64,000 nt of DNA, from contig NMRA01000125.1 in the NCBI GenBank assembly GCA_002633005.1, forward strand, positions 319,971-383,970, given 5' to 3'. The notes below the pieces were generated by a model. It made no database searches, was not told the DNA's origin, and was given only the letters and a program-made list of their open reading frames with translations. Positions 15,601-30,600 of the stretch are shown here, piece after piece (the first letter of the stretch is position 1; every line of letters begins with the position of its first letter). The DNA comes from Phoronis australis (Eukaryota > Animalia > Phoronida). Both the position numbers and the translations under genes were made by a program.

Positions 15601-18600
15601 CTAAAACTGTGTGCTTACTTGTGTATGGATATACGTAATACACTTGTGTCTACTAGGGTGTATACCAAGTTACATGATAAAAATGAATGACTTTGTGCTT
15701 GATATTTTACAGACTCTTCAGGAAATTACCGAGGACATGCCAGAGTACAGTGACGTGGAGAAAAAGTGGATGGCGACAACGGAGTATGTAGCTTTAAAAA
15801 CTGTCCTGAAATTGATAGCTCTATCTACTGCGTAAGGTTGTGGTGTGAGGCCGGATGGCCTTTTATGGAAACCAGAGAAAGAATAATTGTTGAATTTGAA
15901 AAACTTTGGTATACCATTGAGTAAAAATAGCTGAACCTAGTGTGTTGATAATTGTTGTTACTGTTGGTATCAATATTATTTTTCCTTTTTGCTGAGATAT
16001 GTATTATAGGAGCTGTGAACTTTAATTTCAATTTTTGACTATCAGTATGTTATAAGTGTTTGCGTAAAAGTAAACATTTGATTATGATATATTTTATTTA
16101 AAAGTAATTTTTTTAAGCACACTTGTCAACAAAAACATTTCATTTAATGTCAAGATGTTTTGCCGTTGGTAATATATTTACATCTTTTGAAATCTTTTTT
16201 GCTACTGCTATCATCATAAGATTTATATATATGAGAGGACACTATCCAACTGATGCTGACTATACCTTTAAGTGAGTTTGAAGGGTTCTAAACCCGCTGT
16301 GAGGATTTTGGCCAGCGTTGACATAGTAGCCATTATAATCATGCCTAGCTTTAGGTGATAAAAACTACAGACTCTTCATCTTCAATTTTTTTTCTAGAGG
16401 CTTCTCGTGCACTTGTTCGTGTAGATGGCTGCAAGAATTCAAGAATTTCGTACGGTCCAAAACTTTTATTCGCAAACTTTGAATAGATTCAACAAACTTC
16501 AAAACTTTTGGGGACAGAAGGTGCTCATGGACTGTTGTTCAGTTCTAGAGAATTAAATGATAGTCAATATCCTCTACTAAGTTGAAACCTGGTGTAGTGC
16601 CTCTTTAAGATAATTTGAACCATGTTTACAGTGAATCCATTTTGTTTCAGACTAATTGCAGATCAAGCATTGAGTACAATGACAAAGACACATAGTATGG
16701 TTCTTGCCTTGCCACATCTTAAAGCCAGGGTAATTACATTATTATTAGGGATGGCCTAGGTCCTCTTTAATGTAACAGGTTGTAGAACAGCTTAATATTT
16801 TAGGTGAAATAGTCCTTTTGAGATTCTTTAGTTTTGTATTGATTGACAAGACATTCATGAAACAGTTGTTGTAAGAAGTCTTAGCTTTGGAAACTGTGAC
16901 TTTTCAAACATTTTCATACTATAAGTTATCATTCCGTTTTGCTGACCAATCACTTCAGTGACGACCATTTTGTTAGTGCATGCCAGAAAGGTCTCAAGCT
17001 TACACACAAAGAGCTGGGCTTTCACTAGCATGACTTTCTAGTTTAGTTTCTTTTGATACGATGCAATATATTTTGGAGCCTGTTGACAAGGGTTACAATT
17101 TTTGATATTTTTTATTTTATTAAGATTTTATACTAATTCTCTATCTCCTTTATGGTAAATAACTACCACACAATAGTTTTTAAAATCCGATGACTATTTT
17201 AAACAGAGCGATAATTGTCTTAATTGAATTAATTTTCAGAGCCTCTTTAACATGGGCCGGTGTCTCAGACTTTTGTCTACTAAGTCGGATCCTGATCCAC
17301 CAAGTCTGTGGAACGTGGATGACATGGTAAGATTTAGTGCATGCCTGATCTGGTAAATGGACCACAATCTTGAGGTCAAGCTACAGAGTTCATTCCATAC
17401 ACATGAAAGCATGACATTACTTTACTGGATAGACCCAAGTTCAGGTTGCTGCCACACTTAGTTTGACATAGTTATATTTACTGGTTCAGTGCAGACCAAG
17501 TGCTACGAGATCAGCTGTGTGATTAAACAGGACGGTATGAACGAATGGAGGAACTGCCAGACAGTTTTAATATTCAATTGTCATTTTTTTACCCTTTGAT
17601 ATGAATTATATGCTCAGCTAACTTTCAGTCAAGGCAGCTAGCTGAGTTCATGTAACTCTTTGTCTGCGTACTATTAGTTCACATTTTTGATGTGTAGTAC
17701 ATTAATTAAGCAACTACTTTTGAACCACACTGTCGCTCACCCTGTCATAGGTGATGCTGATATCTTAGATTTTTATTGGCACAGTACAGTGTGTGTGGTT
17801 CAGAAAGATGGTCAGCAATTATTGTACATATTATGGACCATGATCAAATTCATATTAATTGCAGTGCTTTTGTTGTTAGTGAAAAACCTACTGCCAGCGT
17901 CTTGTTCACAGTCTCGTGTCTGTGATCATCGTACACACAGCTGGGTGTGTGGTCTTTGATTATAGCCAAGTTTTCTCCTGAGACCAAAAAGTCCCTTTGA
18001 GCTCCTCACATTTCTCATTGCTACATTGTGTATTGGTCCTTCGTTTACTGTGCAAAACCGTAGAGTTCACGCTCTATACCATCTCAGTTATTTGTAAGTT
18101 GCCAGTAACGTATTCTGCTCATTATTACTTTGAATTTCCCCTCAACACAACCAACATCATTTTTTCACTTTAAGAAAAAATTGCCACTGCAAAAAGTCTC
18201 ACGTGGTAATAACTTGCGAAATCTTCCTGTTCCTTCTTTTGATTGATCGTTTCATAAATTGGTGAAATCAGAAAAGGGAATCAGACTTTTACTCAATGAA
18301 AGTTCTTGATAATCTATGCATACCGTGAACAATATTTCTGATGCCTTTTCCCCCAACTTGGAACAGCAATAGTTTGCTATATTATGAAGAATCAATGGAA
18401 TTCCAATAAATCTCATTAGAAAGAATCTTGCTAAAACCTACCAGATTTTACTTACTAAAATCCTATGAGTGTTTATCTGAAGACTTACACCTCAGGAATT
18501 AGCTCCATTCAATGTTTTTATTAGGCTATAATTAAACTGGAAGAGTCCATTATTCAAGAGGAGGTAGGTGAAGGCGAGCAAGCCGAGGAAGAGCATTACC

Positions 18601-21600
18601 CAGACACGACGTCCAGACATTACCAGAGACAGTGCAAGACAATAGCCAAGGCAAAGGTAGGTGTTGTTGTGCCAGAGAGATGGAGAAATCAATATTTTGT
18701 TAAAAAAGCACCTTTAGTTACTATAGACACAGTTGTGTAGCTTTTGAGAAAAAAAGAAATTTTCTAAGCAGTGATGCCTGCAGGTGTTTTTATGGCCTTC
18801 ACACAGTGAGGTGCAGTAAGGTGCAGGGTTCAACGTGAGTTGAGTATAGACTAGAACCATGATGCTATTATTTTGGCCTGATAATAGAATTTCCTTTCAA
18901 TGAGCAGTTCACTACAAAAACAGTGATTGACTCCTATCCACATTCACAATCATGTACACTGTCATGTACATGTGGATATACCTGGCACGTTGCCATTTTT
19001 TTCTGTGCCCCAAAATGAAGTTCCAAGAGACTGTTTGTATGTTGTAGTCTCAGTTTCAATCTCTTTCCATTTCCCTGCTAGGTTGACCGCGACACGGCAG
19101 TGCACTACCTGTCTCAAGCCAATGAGTGCCTTGTGCAGGCCATTAACCTCTCCTTGACCCATGGCTTTCTGGAGATTGCCAGCAGGGCTTGTCAGGAGGT
19201 TCTGGAGTGTTGTGGACAGTATGACCCTGGAATGTGCAGTCAGTACATGGCCCTGTACCAGGTAAGTTTTGAATAGGCTCGTAGTCAGGGACTGGAGGGG
19301 GGGGTGTTGTTGCAAGGCAAACTTACGCAGTATCATGAAAGTGATGGCTTTGGTGGGATATTGACCCACGCGAGAAAACACGGATGTGTAAGCAGCCCAG
19401 AATACTTGTTATTGCAGTATCTTGCACCTAATTGTATGCACCCCCAAGTAGTACATGAAAAATCTCAGGAAAATGTAACATGAATGGTCAGGAAAATTTG
19501 GTGTGTTAAATGGCAATTTTTTTCACTGGATATGGAATCCTGTCTTTGCAAAGCCTTGAATACCATGAGTTTTCATCGTAACAAATTTTTCAGTCTCCTG
19601 GTGATTGTTGTGAAATATTCCAATAATTGTAAAATCTGCATTATATTACTACTGTGTTGAGATGTTGACACTGTCGTGAAATGATGGGGCACTCTGGTGT
19701 TTCATTTTGCACACAGTTCATTTATGATTGGTGGAAACGGTTGACTAGTCTGAACACTATCCACTTCTCAACAGTTACAAAGTTTTTGATCCTCTATATA
19801 ACACGGCGCCGTGTTTGCAATAATATGCTGATGGTTGTGTGAACTAAGGCCAGATTTTCGTCCTTTGATTAAAAGGCACCATGAATGGTATTGCTTGTAC
19901 CTTAAATTAAGTTGGGTCTGCCTTACAGAGTTGCCTATCTGGTCAGTACCTGCAAAATTTGCTGGAACGCTCGCAAGGAGACGCCGCTACCTCTCAGCTT
20001 GCAGCCTTGATCCACCAACGAGGTATCTTCATGAGCACCAACGTCACCACAAATCTGCTCTCGGGGACTGTTTACAAGACAATCGCCAGTAAACTAGAAA
20101 ATGACTGGCAGGTATGGACATGGATACATAGTGAATTAATAAACATCATTCCTTTCTTGTTTCTGTCTCTGTGGTGCTGACGACTACTAGGCATGTGTGG
20201 TGATTTTCAGTCAAGTAACCACTATTTCGTGTTGTTCATTCTTCAGTTTGATTTTTACTAATAGTACCTTAGTCTTATTTGTCATCTCTTTATTTTTTAT
20301 GTGCATGTTAGTCTCTTTCTATCAACGTATCATATTTTTAAATCAATCTCAGTCATTATGATTTGGGGCCTTGATCTCGGTGGAAGTCAGTTTTATGTTA
20401 CACATGATATAAAAATAACTATACTGCCTGCACCTACCGTCCGTACGATATTATGTTATTTTATTTATGTTGTTACAATGCCACAGGCTTGGAAGAAAAT
20501 CAGCGTCAGTCCAAATCACTTGGAGCTGCTGAAGGAGTTTCCAACCAACTTTAACCTGGTCATCCTTCAACACTCCCCGGACAAGGAGTATCTGTACGGA
20601 GCCATTCTTGACAAACCCAAGCCCCAGGCAGCTGCAGCGGGCAAGAACAAGGGACTCAACGCCACAAGTAGGTGTCTATTGTTACCTGATGTAGTTATTA
20701 TGGGTGAAATAATATATCACTTCATTACAGCTAATACATTGCTCTGCCTGTAACATGATATTCAGGCCACTATCGTCATTACAGGGATGAGGATGTGTGC
20801 CTCCTCTTGTCACATCACTTAACCACCCCAGTCTGTACCCTTGCTATGTTAACATCAGTTACCTATAATCCGAATCTCTTTTTTTCACATTGAGAAGCAC
20901 TGTTCTTTGTAGTCCTGTCTTAACTGAACTAATGCCAACCTTACTTCTCATTCAGTGTACACTAACTACCTAGTAGATGAAGTGTTAGTTTTCAAAGTAT
21001 TTAATTCTGTCTTACCTAAACTAATGTCAACTGTATTTCACATTCGGTGTACACTAAGTGCTTAACAAGTGAAATGTTTTTTCAATGTGATTAGTCCTGT
21101 CTTAACTAAACTAATGCCAACCTTATTTCAAAGTGCGTGCATTCCTTGCCCGGTTTTGGGGCAAATATTTTAAGCTGTTTCCTGGTAAGACTGACTGAAT
21201 GCGTGTTGAGTGACTTATTTTTTTATTTTCCATTTTGATTTATCTGGTTATGTGTGGTTGTTCTGCCAATGTCCTGACATTTTGATGTTCCGTTTTGTCA
21301 AATTGTGAAAGTTCTTATCTCCATCACAGGAGAGTGAGCCCTTCCAATGACAAAGCACTTATGGATGATTTTCAAGTGTGTTTAATGAACAATCTGACAA
21401 ACTTTTTCTGATATGTCCTTCAACAAAACTCAGATAAAATGGCTTTTTATCTGTGTGTTCTTCACTGTTGTAGCTAATCATTGGTGGATTTAGGGTGTGA
21501 CTGTGCTCTTATGGGCTGATGACAAAACCAAATAGTACAAAACGACACTGACATAAATTTTGGCATCTACGATGTTGTGGCTAATCACGGGGTGTTCTTT

Positions 21601-24600
21601 AGTGTGTGTGTATGTGTTGGGGAGGGGCAGATATCACAAAATGAAATAACTTGGTCCCCTCATGATAACCTAGATAAGCCACTGCTAATTCACATGACAT
21701 ATGACCTGCCGTTGACTTGAGAATTAACGACTTACTTCATGACTGCATGTTTATTCACATTAAAGATGAACCTGAAGCAAAATTTATCTTTTATGCTTTC
21801 AGCCTAAAAAGCCCTCAACGATATGAAATGGCCAAGCTTTGGTAGGCTTGGCTTAATCCTAATGGCTTTGCAAATAATCTTTTACATAGTACTGAGACAC
21901 TGAATGTTACAGTAGGGAATGGAAACTGCCTTCTGTCATGATGTAGAAGTTTTTTTGACTTGTTTATGTCTGAATGACATGTTATACATATTGCATTGTA
22001 TGCAGTGAGCATGCACAAAAATCTTTGTGGAAATTGATGTTTTCCACAATGTGGAATCAAAGTTGAACTGAAGTCTCTTGAAGAACGTGTAATTTGTTAG
22101 CAAAAAGTATGAATTTTGGTTTATGACATTGTCTGTTGCCCATTATTTGCATGTTTTCAGAGTACTCTATGGCCCAGAACCCTAAGTGTACTCAAAGTAT
22201 GTAACACTCTTTATAACTGAATCATTTCGTCAGTGAATACTAACTTATTAATAATTTGGTCCCATTCAGGACTCCGCTATTCAGAGTTCATGGGGGTAAT
22301 AAAACAATTGTCTTCTCAGCCAGGACCATAAACCCTTTTTAAACTGTGTGTAGTTGCACTGTGCAACTGGAACAGTAAGACCAGGGCTCACAAAGAACTG
22401 CTTTCACTGACCTTGCATGTCAATTTCAAAAGACCTGTTGTGTAAACGACTCACATGGTTTACAACCATCCACAAAACACTTACGTACACTTTGGGGACA
22501 AGTTACTCTCTCCAAGCCCAAAACGGCGGCACTGCAGATTAATGGTTTGTGCTTTTGTTAGATAAATTTTCTTCGGCATGGTATGGTTACTCGCGTTTGC
22601 TATTTTGTAAAAGTTTAATACTAAATAGCATACAAATTCATTTGAAAAATGATAAATAGCAAACATTTAGTACACGTCAGTAGGATACCATCAGTCCTGT
22701 TTTAGCCTATGAATATTACTGATATCATCAGTCATTTTAGAAATTGTTGTACTGTAAGCTCCACAACTTTGTACAAAGAATCTGCTAAATCACCTAGGAT
22801 GATTGGCAGTTGGGGAGTTAATTGACAATTGTGGTTCAGGTTACCACAATCCACAGAATGTATCTGCATATTAATATGAAAACGTTTTACCTGAATAATG
22901 GATTCAATGTCCTTGAGAGATATTAATTCCCACATCCTGGATTTATCTAGTACTCTATATGGAGCGTTTTGTCTGACTGACCTAGTTTTTGAAGGGTGGG
23001 ACCACAAATCTATTTTCTGTATTGAGTGGGACAAGTGAAGAATAATTTATTTCTCCTCCCTTGGATTTTTTTCAAGTTTTATGCACTCTGTATTGCAACT
23101 CGCTGTGCGGCAATATATTTTACTTGCACTAGAATTACAACAAAATTAAAGCTGCAAACTTTGAATGTAAAATCATATTAATTAGCATGGTTAGCAGTGT
23201 ACAACTACAGCCCAAGTGCTGTGCTGATGTGCAGCAAGGTGGGTACATACCACAGAATCTGAGAGGGCGCTGTCGTAATTTGGGAGTAATGTGCAATAGG
23301 AGATGACAGAACCAGTTTTCTGGTAAATTGCCAATACTGGGTTCAATACCTAAATTTCGTGATTATCCACTCTGCAGTGGAGTTAATGCTATGAAATTTA
23401 GTTGTGCAGCAGTTTTTTGTTGTTATTTGAGACAGCTTGATTATACTGTGATTACTTGTGGTTCATGGTTGTGTTTATTTATTTTTTGAAATTCGTTTTT
23501 ATTTGTGAATCTGTCATTTGATTTGAAGTGTTTTGTATCTTTCTTGCGGCAATGCGATTTGGTAACTATGCGTGCGTTCAGTTTCTAAATTGCTGTCATG
23601 GTAAACTATGAATTAGTTTAGACACTGGATTTAACGTATGGTTTTCGTGTCAATTACATGCAGCAATTCTCATTACATTTTATTTGTTATTGTATTATTC
23701 AGACTTGCAGCTAAGTTCAGCAACATCTAATGTATTGTAGTTACAGATGAAATCTTACAGCAGTGACAGCAATGCAAATTTCTCATTTCAATCTGTACAA
23801 TGTAAATTAATTTATTTTGCAATTCTTCAAATGTTTTAAAACACCAATTGATAAGCCATGAAAACTTGAATGCTCTGTGACAATGCCCATCCATTGTTGT
23901 TTTTATGTGACCATATTTTCCTTAAAAATCACCACACGGTTATGAAAATTAATTGACTTGAGGATTACTACAACTTCCACAAACTTGATAGATTTCACGT
24001 GTATTAATTTGAAAAGAGAGTATCATTAATTTATAATTACTATGACTGTAAACTCGGATATCAAAAATAAAAACTTTAACTTTCACCTTTAAGCTGTGAA
24101 GTCTTTGTTGACTGAAAATTTTGGCAACATTATTTTTGTCTTAAATTGAAAAACTTACCAACTTTTATGCAACTTTAATTTATGGGTTGACTATTATGGC
24201 TTAATATACAAATCTTGGTGTTTAGCAGAAATGTGTGACATCCCGTATTTTTGCAGGTTTATCCAAGGCAAAAGTTGTGCGTATCAAGACCGATGCCAGA
24301 ACCATCGACAGTCTCACGGAACGGTTTGGCCAGCACAAGAAAGATGTGATGCTGTTTCTACTGAAACAAGAATATCAACGAACACAGGTGGCGCTGAGAG
24401 AGAAGATGTTGGCAAATCTGGACCAAGAAATGAAGGAAGAAAGACCTGAGGTTGGTGATGCAGTAATATCTTAGCTGTTTTGGACAAAAATAATTATTAA
24501 GTGTAATATGTAATCTGTGCCGTTGTATTCTAATATTTTGCAGTGAACTCAAACTTGCTATGCCTGCTTGTTTTGATTACGTAAATTGTCTGTCACAGTG

Positions 24601-27600
24601 GCTATGGTTACATATGGGTGGGTAGTGTCGATCTTGGAATGTTTCTCACTCTGCTAATACTAGAATTCCTAATAAAAAGTACAGACTAATAGCAGATATT
24701 AAGTACTGTTCATTTCATGTAGCATGGGGACTCAACTAAGTTCCCTAAATCTTTTGTGTATTCGTTTCATTGCTTTCTCAAAGATGTAGTATTTTTTCTA
24801 TTATTTTATCTTGATTGTGAGTTCCATTTTGACTAATGACATTTCCCAATAACAAATTAAAAATTGAGACCTTAAGCACTTAGTCCTTAAATTAGGGGCG
24901 TTGCATGAAAAGATTCCTACTTATTTTCAGTAATATTGAGAATTCAACGTAGACTTCACTCTCGATTTGTATCAAGCCAAAAGTTGACTTTGACTTAAAA
25001 ATGAGACTCAAATATTAAGAACGTAAGAACAATCAGTGTTTTAACAAGTCCACACATACGCTGTAAATTTAGGAAACCTAGTTCAGTCCCTGTTTGGAAC
25101 TGTTTCTTGAAACCGGGCACTGAGGCCCCTAAATCCATGGACACAAACACAAAAAGCTGTCATCAGGCTTTTTTGTGGCTTCCGCGAACGTTTTCATTTG
25201 AAAATTGTGGTTGGGCACCCCCTTATGACATCCTCTGCCCACCTATGTAATGCACTCTCAGAATTATGTGACTGAACTTAATAAGTTTATTTCTATCTTT
25301 GTAACAGTTGAGAGCATTTTCGTTGTTTCCATGATGTGTGCTCTTGCGCAGGGTTTACGCCTTGACAATTGTCAGACCAGCTTGAATGGGAACTATATTA
25401 ATTAGCATGCATAGCCTAGCACTTGTCATATTATTTAAAGTGGATAATGAAGCTGCATTTTGTCATTAGTAGCAAACTTTTGAGTTAGACACTATTCGCT
25501 TTAATGTTAGCCTCAACTTACTCACTCCATACTCACATGAGAAGTAAACTCTGGGTTTGCAAAGAAGTAGTTATTTCTTAAGGTTGTGCTCTGCACATGT
25601 CAAACTAAGTTTTGGAGCCTTGTCATAAGCTGCAATATGCTGTCACTTCTTTCAAAGTCCTGAAATCACCCTCAAATTGCCTCAGGAATAATTTCAGACC
25701 AATGTCACACCAATTTCATAATTGATAAGTGGTCTAAATTGCAAGTTGTTTTTGTAATGGAAAGCAAGTTTATAGGGGCTTTAACATTGTGTTTGTTTGA
25801 TCATTGAAGACTGCACTGTCTGAGGATACTGAAGACGAAGAGAATACACTGCAGCAACAATTTGTGAGTCTTGTTGAAGAGCTGGAAGCATACTTAGCCC
25901 CCATCACTGCAGGACTGGATCTGTTGTTCAGGTAAAAATGTACAGGAAATCAAATCTTGATGATAAGACACTCGGATATATTTTAGAGATTTGGTGTAAT
26001 GGATGCTGATTTCATGTTGATTGGGATCAACTTTGCTCTCAGTCGTTGAAAAGTTTCCATCTTTTTGATGGGTTTGTCTTTTGGTATCAAAAGTAAATTA
26101 ATTTATGTACTTATACTAGGTACAGTACACGACAAAGGTAAAGAAATAAAATTTCCTTGAATTTTAGTCCTGTCAGCTGATTTTAAACAAAATTGACTGC
26201 TTTACTAGCCATTCATCTCACCAGGGCCTATACGCAATAATGTCAGAATTACGAGTTATTCCCCATCACTTATCTTTTGTGGAATTTGCTGTCACGATGT
26301 GGGAAATTGACATTTTGTCCTATTATTTTTGGTATACTGTAACATACCTACCGGTATTTTGTTGTATACGAATAGGAGACTAACATATAATATTATTGGT
26401 TACCCTGATGTTGTATTTATTATTGTTTATTATCATTCAGGCCACCGACTGCCACTAGTGCCACTAACAGTATTCATGGCAAGGACGCGGGCGGGAGCAC
26501 CGAGGCCGTCATTCTAATGGCCGACCCCATGCTGATGGAACTGCCGTTGGAGGCGATGTCCTCCCTCCAGTCTGAGAACATTGTTTCTCTGAGTCGCGAC
26601 TTCTCACTGCAGATGTTGTACCATCGGTTCCATCAGGAGCCGGTGGTGGAGGAGACTGATAAGAAAGACAAGAAGGGAGGTGGTGACAAGAACAAGCCAC
26701 CGTCTAGGATCCCTGGCTTGAGAGATGCCAGTAAAAAGCAGGCTAAGATTGTGAGTGTGACACAATTGAGGTTGATGGTTTTCTTCTCACCAAAAGTCAA
26801 AAATCCTTAATGCGTTGGGAATTTCCGACTTAGTCATGGATTCCATGTTCTTCACAGCTCAATTTGACTCGTTGCTGTTACGAATTTGGATTTTGATGTG
26901 GTGTGAAAAATGCCACGAGTTTGAACTAGGAATTTGAAAATTGGTCGTCTATTCAGCTAAACAAGACAAAAAGATGTTTTGCTCCAGTTCAGGTTTAATT
27001 ACCGTATTCGCAGTAATAACCGCCCAGGGCCCTTTATAGAAAAGTTCGTTTCAGGGGGGCGTTTATTGTAACCCAAAATTACGATCATTTTATAGAAAAT
27101 TGTGCTGAAATCCCAGGGCGAAAACTCGCCGACTGACTGCCTCAAAATCGCCGTCTTAGATATGACGACTTCAATGCTTGAATAAAAATGGTTTCGACTC
27201 AAACAAATTACCTGAAATCCTCATTAAGTTTTATAAGTAGCGTCTCTAAGATTTTTTAAGTTCCCGTGGAGTCTGGATTAACGGCAGGTTTAAGTACAAA
27301 TCTGTGCAACATCATGCCATCTACATGTACATGTATGATCGGCAACACGGCAAGAAAAATGTATGGATGAACGCACATGTTGTTGCACGTGACGTTTGTT
27401 TTGAAGTTCGTCTGCGAGTAAGCGAGCGCATGCGTGTCACCAGAGTTCATATGCCAAACCAGAGACCGTCTTTTGGCCAGAGTCACGCAATCTAACGAGC
27501 TATATGTGTCTAAAGAAATTTACACAAGCAGTAGGCTTAAACCAGAGCGCGTTTCATTCAGCACTTGCCGGTCTCGTGCTAAAACCTTTTGACATTTGTC

Positions 27601-30600
27601 TCGGTAAGGCCCATATTAGTCGCCGTGTAGCTGGATGCGTACGTAACTATCTGACAGTTATTTTTCGGTGTAAGGGTGTGTAAGCATTCACTGTCAGTTG
27701 TCATTTTATCGGAAATTCGGCTTAAAAACACCAATTATGGTTAATCGAACAATCCATCTCAAAAATAACGCAAACATGTTTTATAGTGTTAGAAATTGTC
27801 GGAAATTAGTGCCAATATTCATTTCTTATCGATGCTATGCTACCCGTTTCATGAATGCATAGTTCCTGACTAATGTCTTTGATGACAGGTTCATGTATGT
27901 AGCGCGCACTTCCTGGCCAGGTGTGTTTAACACCGAGTTATTTTTATTCATGAGATAGTCGATGTGTCTACTGAAAGGTCAGACCATAGTGGGACACAGT
28001 CGTCGCGAGAGCGTAGCAACGCTGTTGCGTTCTTTTTGAAGCGCTGCATTACTTTGAAGTGTAAAGTCAAGGATAAATACAAAAGTAGCAGTGCCGCTGG
28101 TGGTCTAGAAGAACCGTGCAAAAATTTTTTGATAAATTGAAGACGTTACTGTAGCCGAGTTTCAGGACTGTAGGTACGTCATTTTTTGCATGTACAGGTT
28201 CATGGACTTGGCGCTTATTTCAGCAAAGTCTGAAAACGCATGAGGGGGCGCTTATAGGGGCATGGGCGGTTATTATGGCGAATAGGGTACTGATAATATA
28301 GCTTTAGATAGAAACCCCTCTCATAAGATGAATGACTGTGAATTTTCAAGCATGTTCAAGAACTTTTGAAACTCCTATAGAGTTTGAGTATTTTGTTGTG
28401 AAGAACACTGGCAGTATGAATTATGTTGAATAAATTTTCTTAATTTCTGAGCTATGAGCAATAAATAGCAGATGCATTTGATTTTTTAGTAGTTCACATG
28501 TTTTTATATAATTTTTTTAGATTCCTCTGGACCGGACTCCACCCCCAGGCGCCATGCCTATAGATACCAACAACTTCAGATGTATCCTTTTATGTTGTGG
28601 CTATAGTATGGAACTTTGTGATCATGTCAGTGTTGTTGTCCTACTGAACAAAATGTAAAACTTGTGGTGTTTGATTGGGTTCACAGCGGGCATTTAGAAT
28701 CCCACTATGATGGTATTTTTGATTTCTGTGGAATGTAATTATTGCACAGTCAGTGCACTTTAGCCAGATGTCTACAAAAGCGTAGAATTTATCTGTCCGT
28801 ATTTATTTTCCGAGAGAAGAAAATGTGCAGAATTTTATTTTTGACTTCATAGCAATTTTCTATTGATTGGTTTGTGTGACCGTGTNTAAAAACACCAATT
28901 ATGGTTAATCGAACAATGCATCTCAAAAATAACGCAAACATGTTTTATAGTGTTAGAAATTGTCGGAAATTAGTGCCAATATTCATTTCTTATTGATGAT
29001 ATGCTACCCGTTTCATGAATGCATAGTTCCTGACTAATGTCTTTGATGACAGGTTCATATATGTAGCGCGCGCTTCCTGGCCACGTGTGTTTAACACTGA
29101 GTTATTTTTATTCATGAGACAGTCGATGTGTCTACTGAAAGGTCAGACCATAGTGGGACGCGGTCGTCGCGAGAGCGTAGCAACGCTGTTGCGTTCTTTT
29201 TGAAGCGCTGCGTTACTTTGAAGTGTAAAGTCAAGGATAAATACAAAAGTAGCAGTGCCGCTGGTGGTCTAGAAGAACCGTGCAAAAAATTTTTGATAAA
29301 TTGAAGACGTTACTGTAGCCGAGTTTCAGGACTGTAGGTACGTAATTTTTCGCATGTACAGGTTCATGGACTTGGCGCTTATTTCAGCAAAGTCTGAAAA
29401 CGCATGAGGGGGCGCTTATAGGGGCATGGGCGGTTATTATGACGAATAGGGTACTGATAATATAGCTTTAGATAGAAACCCCTCTCATAAGATGAATAAT
29501 TGTGAATTTTCAAGCATGTTCAAGAACTTTTGAAACTCCTATAGAGTTTGAGTATTTTGTTGTGAAGAACACTGGCAGTATGAATTATGTTGAATAAATT
29601 TTCTTAATTTCTGAGCTATGAGCAATAAATAGCAGATGCATTTGATTTTTTAGTAGTTCACATGTTTTTATATAATTTTTTTAGATTCCTCTGGACCGGA
29701 CTCCACCCCCAGGCGCCATGCCTATAGATACCAACAACTTCAGATGTATCCTTTTATGTTGTGGCTATAGTATGGAACTTTGTGATCATGTCAGTGTTGT
29801 TGTCCTACTGAACAAAATGTAAAACTTGTGGTGTTTGATTGGGTTCACAGCGGGCATTTAGAATCCCACTATGATGGTATTTTTGATTTCTGTGGAATGT
29901 AATTATTGCACAGTCAGTGCACTTTAGCCAGATGTCTACAAAAGCGTAGAATTTATCTGTCCGTATTTATTTTCCGAGAGAAGAAAATGTGCAGAATTTT
30001 ATTTTTGACTTCATAGCAATTTTCTATTGATTGGTTTGTGTGACCGTGTGTTTTTGGCAAATTAAACTAAAACAATTTGTGTTTGTAGCTAAACAACAGT
30101 AGCAATAGCATTGCAAAAAACACAAATTCAAGATCGAAGTTCAGAAACTCTAAATATTCTAGTTTTGACATTTTTGTTTTTGTTTCATGGCATTTTAGAT
30201 TTTATTTCATAATTAGTCCCAATTTTTATGGCACCTTATATGAAAAATGAAAGATAGTAAAAATCAATTCTATACGGTGTTTTGGTAGACAGTGCATGAA
30301 CTGCAGCAGGGGAAAGTCCCTTTGAATCTGGTCGGCCATTTTGAAGTTGGGATGTGAGCCAGAGTTTGGCTCATTCACTCAGCTGCATAAAATACACTGC
30401 ATGAGCAAATGAAGTGATTCAGTAGGTGAGTGTATGAATCACTCCTCAAGTTTTATCTGATGGTGATCGTGGTTGTCTTGCATCTTCGACTCTTCCAAAT
30501 TCTTCACGTAAACTCCGATTGGCTGTTATGCGCTTTTCATGTCAATAACCATTGTTTACTCAAAATAACAAATTCTCATTGGCCAGAGTCCATTCTTGAA

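Larger units (their letters stand above)
27723..30049. repeat. 1163-bp tandem duplication (27723-28885 / 28887-30049) joined by a single n; likely assembly overlap
   Basis: Near-identical copies, n at 28886, second copy starts mid-transposon. Confidence 0.85.

Noticed and set aside
21803-21841. 39-nt exon-like segment (ttcag|...|gtaggc)
   Set aside because: It has an immediate TAA in the required phase 1. It is open only in phase 2, which does not fit the flanking CFAP46 exons.
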